In this document: piece by piece, positions 26,199 to 37,854 of the stretch
Position numbering within the stretch: the first letter of the stretch is position 1
How the letters are laid out: each line of letters begins with the position of its first letter
NCBI GenBank assembly: GCA_016748015.1
Contig: JAAOMT010000675.1
Span: 1 to 64,000, forward strand
Direction: 5' to 3'
DNA length: 64,000 bases
DNA from: Geosiphon pyriformis uo1
Taxonomy: Eukaryota; Fungi; Glomeromycota
Position numbers and translations under genes: made by a program
The notes under the pieces: generated by a model
Told to the model about the DNA's origin: nothing
Seen by the model: the letters and a program-made list of their open reading frames with translations, nothing else
The model's database searches: none

Positions 26199-26515
26199 TT
26201 CAATTATTTTGGATTGAGATGAGATTCTCTGTTCTGTATTCTGTATGATAACACGTGGTTTATAAAATTCGAGATTTAAGGGTTAAAATAAATTTTCTGC
26301 GAGAATTCATCCCCCTCGAAAATCTTTGCATCCGTTTCGACTTTTACTAACGTATTGTTAAGAGGTAAACCACTCCTTCACCCACAGTTTATCCTGCCTT
26401 TTTCTGCTCAGGAGACTGCCAAAGTTTGAGTGAAGCTAAAAAAAATTCTTTTGTGTATTTATTTCTTCAACTTTTATAAAGCCTACTCTGACGATTTCTT
26501 TGTTGAAAGCTAGAA

Positions 26516-27070
26516 ATGGTTAAAGAAAAAAAGACTGCCACACGTAGTGCGATCTCAGATGTAGTGACGCGCGATTACACGATTCATTTACACAAGGCTA
26601 TTCATGGCAGGTAAACCTGGGCATTTGGGTACTTTGTGCTTTTCTAAACGGAATGAGTATGATTCCTTGTCAATTGGAGATTTCAATACTGGATTTCATT
26701 TATTCCGATCTCAATTTGAGATAATAGGAGTTTTAAGAAACGCGCTCCACATGCCGTTAAAGCTATCAAAACTTTTGCGAAGAAGCATATGGGCACTGTT
26801 GACGTTCGCCTTGATCCACAATTGAATAAGGAAATTTGGAAGCAGGGTGTCAGAAATGTACCACATCGAATGCGCATCCGCCTATCGCGAAAACGTAACG
26901 ACGAGGAAGATGCCAAAGAGAAGTTATATACCTACGTTACTTATGTTCCCGTTACGTCTTTCAAAGGTATGTTTAAGCAAAAATATACATATCTACAATG
27001 TTTGTTCTTTTTGGCATACTACCAGATTTTCTACGTTCTAGGTCTCCAAACCAGCATTGTCGAAGACTAA
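26516..27070 (+). CDS. RPL31: 60S ribosomal protein L31 (eL31); exons 26516-26610, 26728-26966, 27042-27070
   Basis: [76 protein letters not shown]. Probable 5'UTR intron upstream. Confidence 0.97.
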
Positions 27071-27138
27071 GTAAAATAGGATATAATAATAGAATTGGTT
27101 GCTGTAACGTTATTACCTACAATCAAAATATCTATCTG

Positions 27139-28746
27139 CTATCTTGTCTTTTTGCTATAATTAATATAACCAATACCGACGGAAGTTAAAATCAATGTTT
27201 GATTTACGTCCTGTTCTGTTTGTATCTTGAAAGTCACTCCAAAGAAATCTTTTATATCACGAAGAAGTTGTATTCTAAAATGCGAGGAAACTGTTAATTG
27301 ATTTTTGTAAAAAAATTTATCACTCTTAAACAAGAATATTTTTAAAATGTACTTAACGTTAAAGCTGTTAATTGTCCTATACGAACTTTTGACACATCTT
27401 CTGGTCCTAGAACCATCATCAATAATACCAGCCATTGAGACACAGAATCCACACAGCCACCTTTACTAATTTCCTCTAGTAAAAGTTTGGCGGTTTTTCT
27501 ACCAATATCTTCGGGAGTTTCGCCAGGATTCGCAACTTGCTCGGCTGAAATTAATGCTCCCGTGGTAGATTCGCCAACCAATGAGAGAGCAAATCCAGGT
27601 GATCTTCAAAAAGAGATGCTATTTAGTAGGAATCTTGTAATTGAATAAAATCAGGATGTTCCTTACTTTCCCGACTGTTCACCCTTAAACACATCGGTAT
27701 ATATATAAACATCTGGAATGTATCTGTTCAACACTGAGCGGGCCGATTCTACCATTCTATTAGCCATTTGAGGTGATACTCTTGTCGAATATCTTTTTGG
27801 TTAAAAGCAGAACGTGAATGAGTATTCGTGGTGGTGGCTTAAATAAATATCATATGATAGCAGGAAATTTACGATTAAGTAAAGATCTATTACGCTATTC
27901 CACGAATCCGCTTGATTCGCCCTTCTTCAGTATACTGCATGGGTCTTAATGTGCGCACTGTGGGGCATTTAAAAGTTATTTCACCCCCACCCAAAGGAGG
28001 TGCACCTCGTTTTGTGATCTGAAGAGGCAAAATATAAGACTTTTGGATGAAAAATAAATGCGAGATAAAAGATTTCAACCGGATGATCTTGCCTTCAACT
28101 CAATATCGCCATCGATACCAAATCTTTTAAGTTGTAACAATGTAACGGTTCTAATAGTATCCACCTAAAAATATCTTTTAATAATCATACTAAAAACTAA
28201 TATATGTTACTAAGAGTAAGGCCTACCGTAATATCTGTATTATCATTTGTGATTCCAGTCAAAGTCAAATCGAAAGGTGTCTTAGCAAATGGGGCGATAG
28301 CCACCATCGGTTCCAAGTAATATCCAATCGAACGTGATGTATCACAATCATGAAATACTTTGCCCCCAGTGATAATACCTGGTTTATAAACTATTGTTGT
28401 ACCTATACCACAAAAAAATATGTTTAATATAACTAGAAATTATTTTGGTTTATGAGAAATAGAGATCACGGATCATCACCTGTGTAGCTAATTTCTATCA
28501 CAGAACCATTTGTGACTTTTTCCAGTAATCTCAAAAAATTTGTCTCGAAATCTATCCATCGTAAACATGAATTGGTGAAGAATTGATTCAAAAATATGAA
28601 ATTGCAATAATAATTTAACCTTGAAGCCCAGGATCTGTCTCATCGGATCGAATTTTATCAATCTTTACCGTCTTGCCACTCAACGTTGCCATGATCAATC
28701 GCTGGCGAAAGTAATTGTGGCCATTAAATTTCAGGACTTGATTCAT
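27139..28746 (-). CDS. RCL1: RNA 3'-terminal phosphate cyclase-like protein RCL1 (multi-exon)
   Basis: FNGHNYFRQRLIMATLSGK; KRGAPPLGGGEI; RIKRIRGIAYSTRVSP; PEDIG..LLEEISKGGCVD; LLRDIKDFFGVTFKI..GIGYINYSK. Confidence 0.95.
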
Positions 28747-29628
28747 TTTGAGAAAGATTTTTGTTAATGATAAATTTTCAAATTACAACTCTGTTTTTGA
28801 TTCTAGATATTTGTAATAGATTTCATTTGGAATGATATTAGTCACATGATCCTTGCGAATTAAATGGTTGATAAACAATTTCCATCTTGATAGTTTAGGA
28901 GATATCCCACAAATAAAAAAATATTGGAATAAACTACAAAAAAATCAAAACCCTTCGTATTATACATATTTCTATGAACACTGCAAACCAAGTTTTTTTA
29001 TGTAATTTATTTATTTTAAATTATAAAAAATTCATTAAATTGAATATTATTAAATAAATTTAAAAATGTGTTACAAAATTTTTTAAAATATAAAATATTG
29101 ATTATTAATAAGACTATAAATAATAAAAACCTTAAAAAAAATATTCTAAAATAATTAATAATTAATATTTTTATTTATATAAATTTGTTTATTAATACAA
29201 AAAAAATAAAATATACAATTATGTTTATTAAATAATCTATTTTTAATATACCAAAAAATTAAACAAAAGTTACAAACCATATGTATAAGCAATAAAAAAA
29301 ATTAAAAATAAATTGGTTTTTTAATATTAAATAATTTACAAATCACACTTTCTTGGGATTTGAAACATTTAACAAAACTAAAACAGTTGGATTCATCAAT
29401 CAAAAAAGTTCAATTAGAAAAAGTAATTATTCAACTGCAAAAAATTAGTTCAAAAATTAATTAATTGCTCTAACCAAAGAACAAAATAAGGAACCAGAAA
29501 ACCCGAAGAACAAAGTGAAAACAAAACTGAGGGGAAAATTTAAACAAATAAAACATTAAAATCTTTTCATCAAATTCAGATCATTTCGCCACGAACTCTT
29601 TGTGTATTGAGACCAAAGGAATCATTCG

Positions 29629-31362
29629 ATGTCAAAAGAGTCTATAAAAAACGTGGCATACAAGGCACGCGAGGCAGCCAATCGTCTTCAATATATAACC
29701 TCGCATGAAAAAAGTGTCGCTTTGAACAATATACAGGCCAAACTCTTAACTCACCAAAAAGAAATATTTGAAGCCAATAGACAAGATAAAGAGGTCAGTA
29801 GCTATTTGGGGTACTATATTGGATGCCCTAAACATGTTTAACCTTTCTTTAGACTGCGAACAAATTGGTCCAAAGTGGTACTCTTTCCAATTCACTTTAT
29901 AAACGGTTGGACCTGGAAGGAGGAGATAAATTTGCTACAATGGTTGAAGGGGTTGCGGATATTGATCATTTACCAGATCCGACCGATCAGATCACTTACA
30001 GTTCAAAACTGGATGACGGATTAGAATTATATAGAGTCACGTGTCCTGTTGGTGTTTTATTGGTAATCTTTGAAGCAAGGCCAGAAGTGGTGGTTAACAT
30101 TTCCGCACTAGCATTGAAATCTGGTATAAAACTAATGATTGATTGATACTTGGGTCTTTTAATCTCTGAATGTTTTCACGCGTTATTTCAAATTAATATC
30201 ATTATGTCGGATCTTGGGATTTGCTAGGGAATGCGGTAATCCTAAAAGGAGGCAAAGAGTCGCGTCTTACGTTGACTGCTCTTTCATCGGTAATAAAATC
30301 TGCTTTGGACGATACAGATATTCCCCTAGATGCTATTCAGCTAGTTGAAACGAGAGAAGACATCAAAGCTTTACTAGATCTTGACCAGTATATTGATTTG
30401 GTAATTCCTCGTGGGAGCAATAGCTTGGTACGATATATACAGGGCAACACTAGGTATGACCAAAAAGAAGCCTGAGAAAGAAGAAACTGTTTTCGATTAA
30501 GGTAAAAAAATTCCTCAAAATCGGAGACAATTAACATTCTATTTTCAGAATTCCCGTCTTAGGTCATGCAGATGGTTTATGTTCTATATATGTGGATAAG
30601 GATGCTAATCTTGATAAGGCAATTCGAGTTGTGGTAGATTCCAAAGTAAATATTCGTTAAAATGGTTCATGACAATCGTACACATTTTGCTGAAAACACT
30701 TTGTTTCAATTCGAAAGATTAATTATCCAGCTGCTTGTAATGCAGCCGAAACACTTCTTATTCACCGTTCAATCGTTTCCTCTTACCTCCAACCTATTGC
30801 AACAGCCCTTCAAAATTCAAACGTGAGACTTCATGTTGATCAAGAATCACAACAACAATTATCACCTGATGAGAATCCTCTTGTTCAACCGGCAATTCCA
30901 GAAGATTTCGATACGGAATTTCTCGATCTTGATATTGCTGTGAAAATTGTCAGTGACGTAGAGGAAGCTATCCAACATATCAACAAACATGGTAGCAAGC
31001 ATACGGAGGCTATTGTTACTGAAAATAAGGCGGTAGCCAAAAGCTTTATGCGGCGTGTAGATGCTGCTGGAGTCTATTGTAATGCGAGTACTAGATTTGC
31101 TGATGGATTTCGTTATGGATTTGGGGCTGAAGTTGGGGTAAAATATCCCATTTACTAAACTTCTTTAACCTATTGATTCATGTATTAAACCATTATTCTA
31201 TTATAGGTCAGTACAAATAAAACTCATGCCAGGGGACCTGTTGGCCTAGAAGGTTTAGTAATATATAAATATAAATTATACGGAGATGGACATATTGTTG
31301 CCGAGTTCGGGGAAGGAAAAGCGAAAAAGCGATATTTGCATCAAAAAATTGAAACTGTATGA
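29629..31362 (+). CDS. PRO2: Gamma-glutamyl phosphate reductase (multi-exon)
   Basis: [13 protein letters not shown]; [11 protein letters not shown]; DLVIPRGSN; catalytic [11 protein letters not shown]; [36 protein letters not shown]. Confidence 0.97.
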
Positions 31363-31758
31363 GGAAATTCCGAAAATGACAAAAAGCTTGAATTGTATAA
31401 CTTTCTGTTGGTTGCTGCTTATTACAATCACATTAGTGCGACCCAATAACAATGAGGCTTATGACTGGGGCACAAAAAGCCGGCTTTAGAAAATTCGGTA
31501 CAATTGGATGATCAACTGCATGATCTCATGCCAAGAAGATCTCACCAAGAAAATCTATAAAAAGCAACCGGAAAAATTTTACTTACAATATTACATATAA
31601 ATAGGAGAGATGCGTTCCTGACAATACATCACGGTAGAAATCCTTTCGTTATCTCCTTCAATAAAGCTTATTATTATATAAAGAAAATTAGTTTCTGAAA
31701 CAAGTTTTCCCAAGCCGAAAAAACCTAACACACCCCAAACACTCCTAGCTGAAAAAAT

Positions 31759-32324
31759 ATGTCTGGACAAGATAAAGGGCACAATTATGGACCACCACAA
31801 GCAGGCGGCGGTTATTATCCACCACAACAAGGTGGTTATCCACCTCAACAAGGTGGCTATCCGCCTCAGAATCAAAGTTATTATGATGGTGGGATGAATC
31901 AACCGCCACAAGGAGGTTTGCTTTAACTTTATTTCGTTATTTTTTTAAAAGATGGAAAAGGCTATAATTTACTTTCGAACAAGCTGGTGTATCTTAATTT
32001 TAAATTATTTAGACTATTATTTTATCGGCTTACAATGTCTTATTCGTTTTATTACCTTATTCGAAATATAATTTTTTCTAAAATGTCTTGTTTCTTTTGA
32101 TATTAAAGGATATTATCAACCAACACCGCCACCTCAAACTGTGGTTGTGCAACAGCCACAAAAAAAAGATAATTCTGGGTTGTGTCTGGGATGGTAAGAT
32201 AGATTATGATATTCTTGAATTCCCGAAACGGAAATGGTTGACTTTTTAATTGATTTTTTGGTTTCATTCCAAAAATAGTGCCCTTGGAGCTTGCTTGTGC
32301 TGCTGTCTCGAGGGCTGTTGTTAA
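31759..32324 (+). CDS. CYSTM-type Pro/Gln/Gly/Tyr-rich protein with Cys-rich C-terminal anchor; exons 31759-31915, 32109-32193, 32279-32324
   Basis: Spliced MSGQDKGHNYGPPQAGGGYYPPQQGGYPPQQGGYPPQ...QTVVVQQPQKKDNSGLCLGCALGACLCCCLEGCC*. Not in the ORF track. Confidence 0.88.
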
Positions 32325-33268
32325 TTTTCCAAAGTATAATATGTAGTTCTGCATTGTTCGAATATGGGGATCTCAAGGAGCTCGTCCTCAGTCACCTTTA
32401 CCACGTGACTTTAGGAATTTCTCTAACATATTACTATGCTAATTATAAGATGACAGTAACGAAGTAAAGAAATATCTATTAATGTAAAGAATAGAATATT
32501 CAAAACAAAATTTTGAATAAATATTTAATAAATAGTATTATTAATATTTTCATAAACTAAACCAGTTTCGGGCTTCAATAAATGGGAAACGCGTTTGAAG
32601 TGATAAAAGTAGATATTGAAATTACTATTAAATAACCACATTAAAAGCTGAATACGTTAGGAAATTGCTAACTGAGAGGGAATGGAAACCTGGTAATAGG
32701 TTTTTTTTTCATATTTAAAACTCTTGGCGTGACGCTTTCACCATTTCACTACCATTTTATTTAAGGTAAACTCTTGAATAAAAAATTTCCACATATATTT
32801 CTTTTTGGAAAGGAGCCTAGCCAAATATAAAAATACATGTTTTCGGAGAATTCTCCATGAATCGGAGAATTTCTTGTGTTTGCCCAACTATTAAAAACTT
32901 TAGTAATTATGTAGTATTATTTACTTTTCTTGGTGTATATGTGATGATGTACGATTATTTGGTTGGTCGATTAATAAAACCCATTACATCATTAAAAAAT
33001 GAGGGTTGGATTTTTATCCAATAAGTGAGTCACACCAAATTGTTTGAACTTGAAGACTATTTAAGCTTTTCGATCATAAGTATGGTTATTTAGTTAAAAA
33101 TAAATTGCTGTAAAGGACGTGATCACTCAAACTTCGGCAAACGAATTTCTTGCTTGAATTACGCTTAACCTTTTACAAGAAAAGAAATTGGATTCACGAA
33201 CTAGTCACCTCCTCTATCGGCTACGGTCCAAATCAAAAAGAAATTTATCTTTAGATAGACTCGATGAA

Positions 33269-36200
33269 ATGACTACGGCACAACCTCCTTTGGCATTTCA
33301 ACCTGCTCGTAGAGAGGTTTCAACTTCAAACATCTCTGTGAAATCGAGGAAAGGTTCTGGGACTATTGGTCGGTTAGGTTTTTCTCAAGTCATCTTTTCA
33401 CGAAGAATCCTTGACGCTATTATTGAGAATTCTGCAATTATTCTAAAAAAATAGTTATCGAAGAATCATTAAGAACCTACCAACTATTGGAAGCATTAAG
33501 AGCAAGTATGGATTGATCTCTCTTGTAAAAATTTCTCTTCCCTTAAATTCATTCAATGTTTTAACTTTTCAATTACTGTTTGATTTCCTCTTTAGATGAT
33601 ACAGCTTCTCTTCAAACCCTGCTCTCAACATATACTCCACATCAAACCCCATCCAACCCAAACCTTCACAGTTTATCCTTAAGTGGTACTCCACCTTCGT
33701 TGTCTTTGAACCCAACTCCTTCGCCATTAACCCTTGCGGTACAATGTGCTACAACACCAACGGTGGACTTTGTAATTTCACATCTCCCCCATGGTTTCGA
33801 TATAAATCAACGTGATCAATACGGAAATACTGCCTTACATTATGCAGCAAAATCGGGGCGTTCCGATGTTCTAGATTTGCTTTTAAAACAAAGAAACATT
33901 AATGATACCTTGTTAAATAACGAAGGAAAACAGGCTGTTGAAATCGCAAAGAATCCCGAGATTGTCGAGAGATTGAAAGGTTTTTTCCATGAAAATTTTA
34001 TTTGTTGGCAATTGAATCTTCATTATCAATCTTCAATGAATTTAACAAATAGGATATATGCGTATTGAATTCGGTTTATTTAGTAAATCGTGCCCAGTAC
34101 GTTCAACATGTCACAGCACTCTTTCGACAGCACATTTCTGGAGCAGATTATGATTCTTTATACAGTTTATTCAATGACCCGCGTGCCGCTTCCTTGATCG
34201 ATATCAATCTTCAAGATGGTCTTAATGGTGGCACTTTGCTTCATGATGCTGCTCGGAAAAGAAATTTTGAACTGGTTCAATTTTGTTTAGATCATGGAGC
34301 CGATGTTAATGTAAGAGATAGAAAAGGAAAATTGCCAATTGAATTGACAAAAGACGAGAAAATCAAAAATTTACTAAAAGAAGGTATGCAGAGATTTATT
34401 ATTGATCTTCAAATTCTCAGGTCACTATTTATTTGTTCATGGCTATTATTTTCGAAAAACTTGCCTCAAGATTCTTGATATTTCTTTTATTTAGTGTCAC
34501 CGAATTCCGGTCTGGTTGTAACGACCTTACCCAACCAAGCGCCTAAGCTAAAGGGATACTTACATAAATGGACAAATTACGCTGGTGGTTACAAAACGAG
34601 ATGGTTTGTCCTGGAAAATGGTATGATTTTGATATCCCTGTTCCTTTTAACGAAATTTTCTTTCTCATTTTGAAATCTTCTCTTTGTAGGCATACTTTCT
34701 TATTTTAAAAATCAAGATGATGCCGGGAATTCATGTCGTGGGTCTATTAATATGCGAATAGCTACAATCTCCATGGATGCAACTGATCGTCAACGCTTTG
34801 ATATAATTGGCAAGGGATCAGTTCGGTATCATTTACGTGCAAATCATCCATCTGATGCTAAAAAATGGATAGGGGCACTTCAACAATCCATTAAGTGGGT
34901 CAACGACCGTAGATCTAGTTTTGCCGAAGACATTCATTCCCAAAAGACGGCCAATTTGGATGACGATTCTAGGTCTTCACGAAGTTTTCCTAGAAACGAC
35001 GTATCCTCGATCCATCGTGAACGTTCTAGATCACCTGATGATGATTCTATAGAAGTTGAAAATGTTCCCCACGCTGATAACTATCAGATTATTATTAGTT
35101 CAGCTAAAGCACAACTGGATATGCAAAGCCAACTGTTGGATTCACTTTTGACAATTTGTCTACCATCTGCATCTTCTGGTTCTCGACAACCTGCTGTTGT
35201 AGATGCCTTTAAAAAATCCCTCACCTTACTTCAGAATTTTGTCGACGATGTGATTCGCATGTCGGAGGAACGGGACAGTTATTGGCAACAAAAACTTGAG
35301 AAGGAACTTGAAGCCAAAAGACTTTGGGAAGAAAGCATGTGTGGTTTTGCAAAAGATCAAGCCCAAATGGAACAAATTATCCAGGAAAATGTTAAAGAAC
35401 AGAAGAGAATGAAAAAGCTTTCAAAACTTTTTCAGGATGCACAACAATTGGGGTCGTCATCTGTAAGCAACAGTCCCTCAGATTCTAGGCTAGATTCTTT
35501 GGAACGAGCAATACCTTCTCCGAACCTAATCACAGCTAATACAGATGCAGCAAGAGAAGAACCCGGGTTATTTGAAGAAACTCCTCATTTTTGTGTGCAG
35601 GCTTCTACAACTTCATTAACAAACGATATTTACGATTCTGACGATGAGTTCTTTGATGCAATCGATGGGGATAATAATATTGATGTCACAGAAGCTGTAA
35701 TGGAACCATCATCTGAATCTAACCCATCCGAGGAATCATTAAATTACATTGCTTCATCATATTCTGGTTATCCGGATCATGTGCGCGATCGTCTTCCGCT
35801 GGATCAGAAATCTTTTCGACCTGATGTTTCTCTATGGTCAATTCTAAAAAATTCAATTGGAAAAGACCTCAGCAAGATTACCTTACCTGTCTATTTCAAT
35901 GAGCCTACTTCTATGTTACAGCGTATGGCCGAAGATATGGAGTACAGTGAGCTCTTGGATATTGCAGCTCGACAAAAAGGGAGTACAGAACGTATCTTAT
36001 ATGTTGCCGCATTTGCCATGAGCAATTATTCAAGTACCGTTGGAAGAGTGGCGAAACCGTTTAACCCATTATTGGTAAGCATTTTTCTTCTCTTTTTTTC
36101 ATAGTATGTGACCAAAATGCTGAACAAAATATCTGATCTGAACAGGGGGAGACTTATGAGTATGTAAGACCAGATAAGGCTTTTCGTTATTTATCAGAGC

Positions 36201-37302
36201 AAGTCAGCCATCATCCTGTAAGTTTTTAAATCTCTTAATATGTTTATCTATTTAATTGAATAAATTTTCTATTAAAAGTTAAAATTTATAGCCAATCAGT
36301 GCATGCTATTGTGAATCACCTAATTACGACTTCTTTGCTGAAGTCGACGTGAAGTCAAAATTTTGGGGAAAATCATTTGAAATCCTCCCTAAGGGAGTCT
36401 CTCACGTAAATTTAAAAGTTCCCAATGAATATTGGCCCAAAGAAAAGGAATTCAAGCCTGACTCGCATATTGCAATAGGCAATCTGAAAGGATTTTCTGA
36501 ACATTATTCGTGGAAAAAGGTGACCACATGTGTGAATAATTTGATCGTTGGATCTCCTTGGATTGATCATTATGGTGACATGATTATTACAAATCATTTG
36601 ACCGGGGATAAGTGTGTTTTGACATTTAAAGCTCGTGGATGGCGGGGCAAAGATGCTTTTGAAATACGAGGAATTGTTAACGATTCCAAGGACAACGAGA
36701 TATGGGAAATCGCTGGTAGATGGAACGAGCGTTTAGTTGCCCGACGAAGTGGTGGGGGTCGATATGCATCAGCAATTGAGCAAGATTTGGGCAGCGATGC
36801 GGCAGCTGCATCTGCTACAATTCCAGAAGGGACGATAAGTCACGTTTCATCACCCTCAACAAATTCGAATCTAACAAATCGACGAGAAATTCTTCTATTA
36901 TGGAAGCGCACTCCTTTACCAGAAAATCCTACACCTTTTAATCTTACACCTTTTGCTATCACTCTAAACGATCTTCCGAAACCCTTGAAAACTTGGGTAG
37001 CACCTACTGATTCACGTTTAAGGCCAGATCAGCGTGCCATGGAAAATGGGCAATACGATTTGGCTAGTACAGAAAAAGTACGTCTCGAAGAAAAGCAACG
37101 TTCTAAACGAAAGCTGCGTGAACGCGGTGATACAGATGACTTTAAACCGCGCTGGTTCATCCACGATAAGGAACAAGATACCGGGGAAAATTATTGGCGG
37201 TTTAATCATGAGTATTGGAAAGAGCGGGAAAGGGTCGGTCAAGAAAAGACTGATGGAAATGGGCCTGGTAAATGGAATATTGATGACGATGACATATTTT
37301 AA
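33269..37302 (+). CDS. Long oxysterol-binding protein (ankyrin repeats, PH, FFAT, ORD), OSH1/OSH2-like
   Basis: [12 protein letters not shown]; [24 protein letters not shown]; FFAT EFFDAID (~35646-35666); [24 protein letters not shown]|GETYE, EQVSHHP|[15 protein letters not shown]. Confidence 0.95.
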
Positions 37303-37854
37303 AATATTTAATGGATCCGGGATTGTTGTTTGAAAAATGATGAAATAGAAGCGTGTTGTAATATTAGACAAGTTTAGACGATAATAATAAATATCATAAA
37401 TAATTTTATAATTTTACCATCAAACTTGGACTGTGCAAAAATGCTTAGGCAAATCTTTAAAAGGGATAATCATTTGTCCAGTTACCGAATCGGGAAAAAA
37501 AGCAATGGCAGGGTCAATGAGTCATTCCTACTGTAAAAAGTAAGGATGATAGACTGGTCAATCATTTTACACCTTGTCCTTGTACAGCCTTCATACTTGA
37601 CTATTTGCTTCCTTTTGAGCAGCGTGGAACACACTGAACATTCTCATATTCAAAATAACGCCATGTGCTCAATAAATGAGAGGTCGCAACGCACACACCA
37701 CTTCAAAGCAGCGTATAAAGAGCTCCTTGTAATAGATACCCCGCGGAACCCTTCAACTATTGAATTATCACTTATACCTTCCAATATTTATAATTTCTCG
37801 GCTTTTCATCCAGTGAAACCGTTGTCCCCGTTCAATCTATATACACCCTCTACC

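Noticed and set aside
31591-31911. Minus-strand 106-aa membrane-like ORF
   Set aside because: Antisense shadow of the CYSTM exon 1 repeats.
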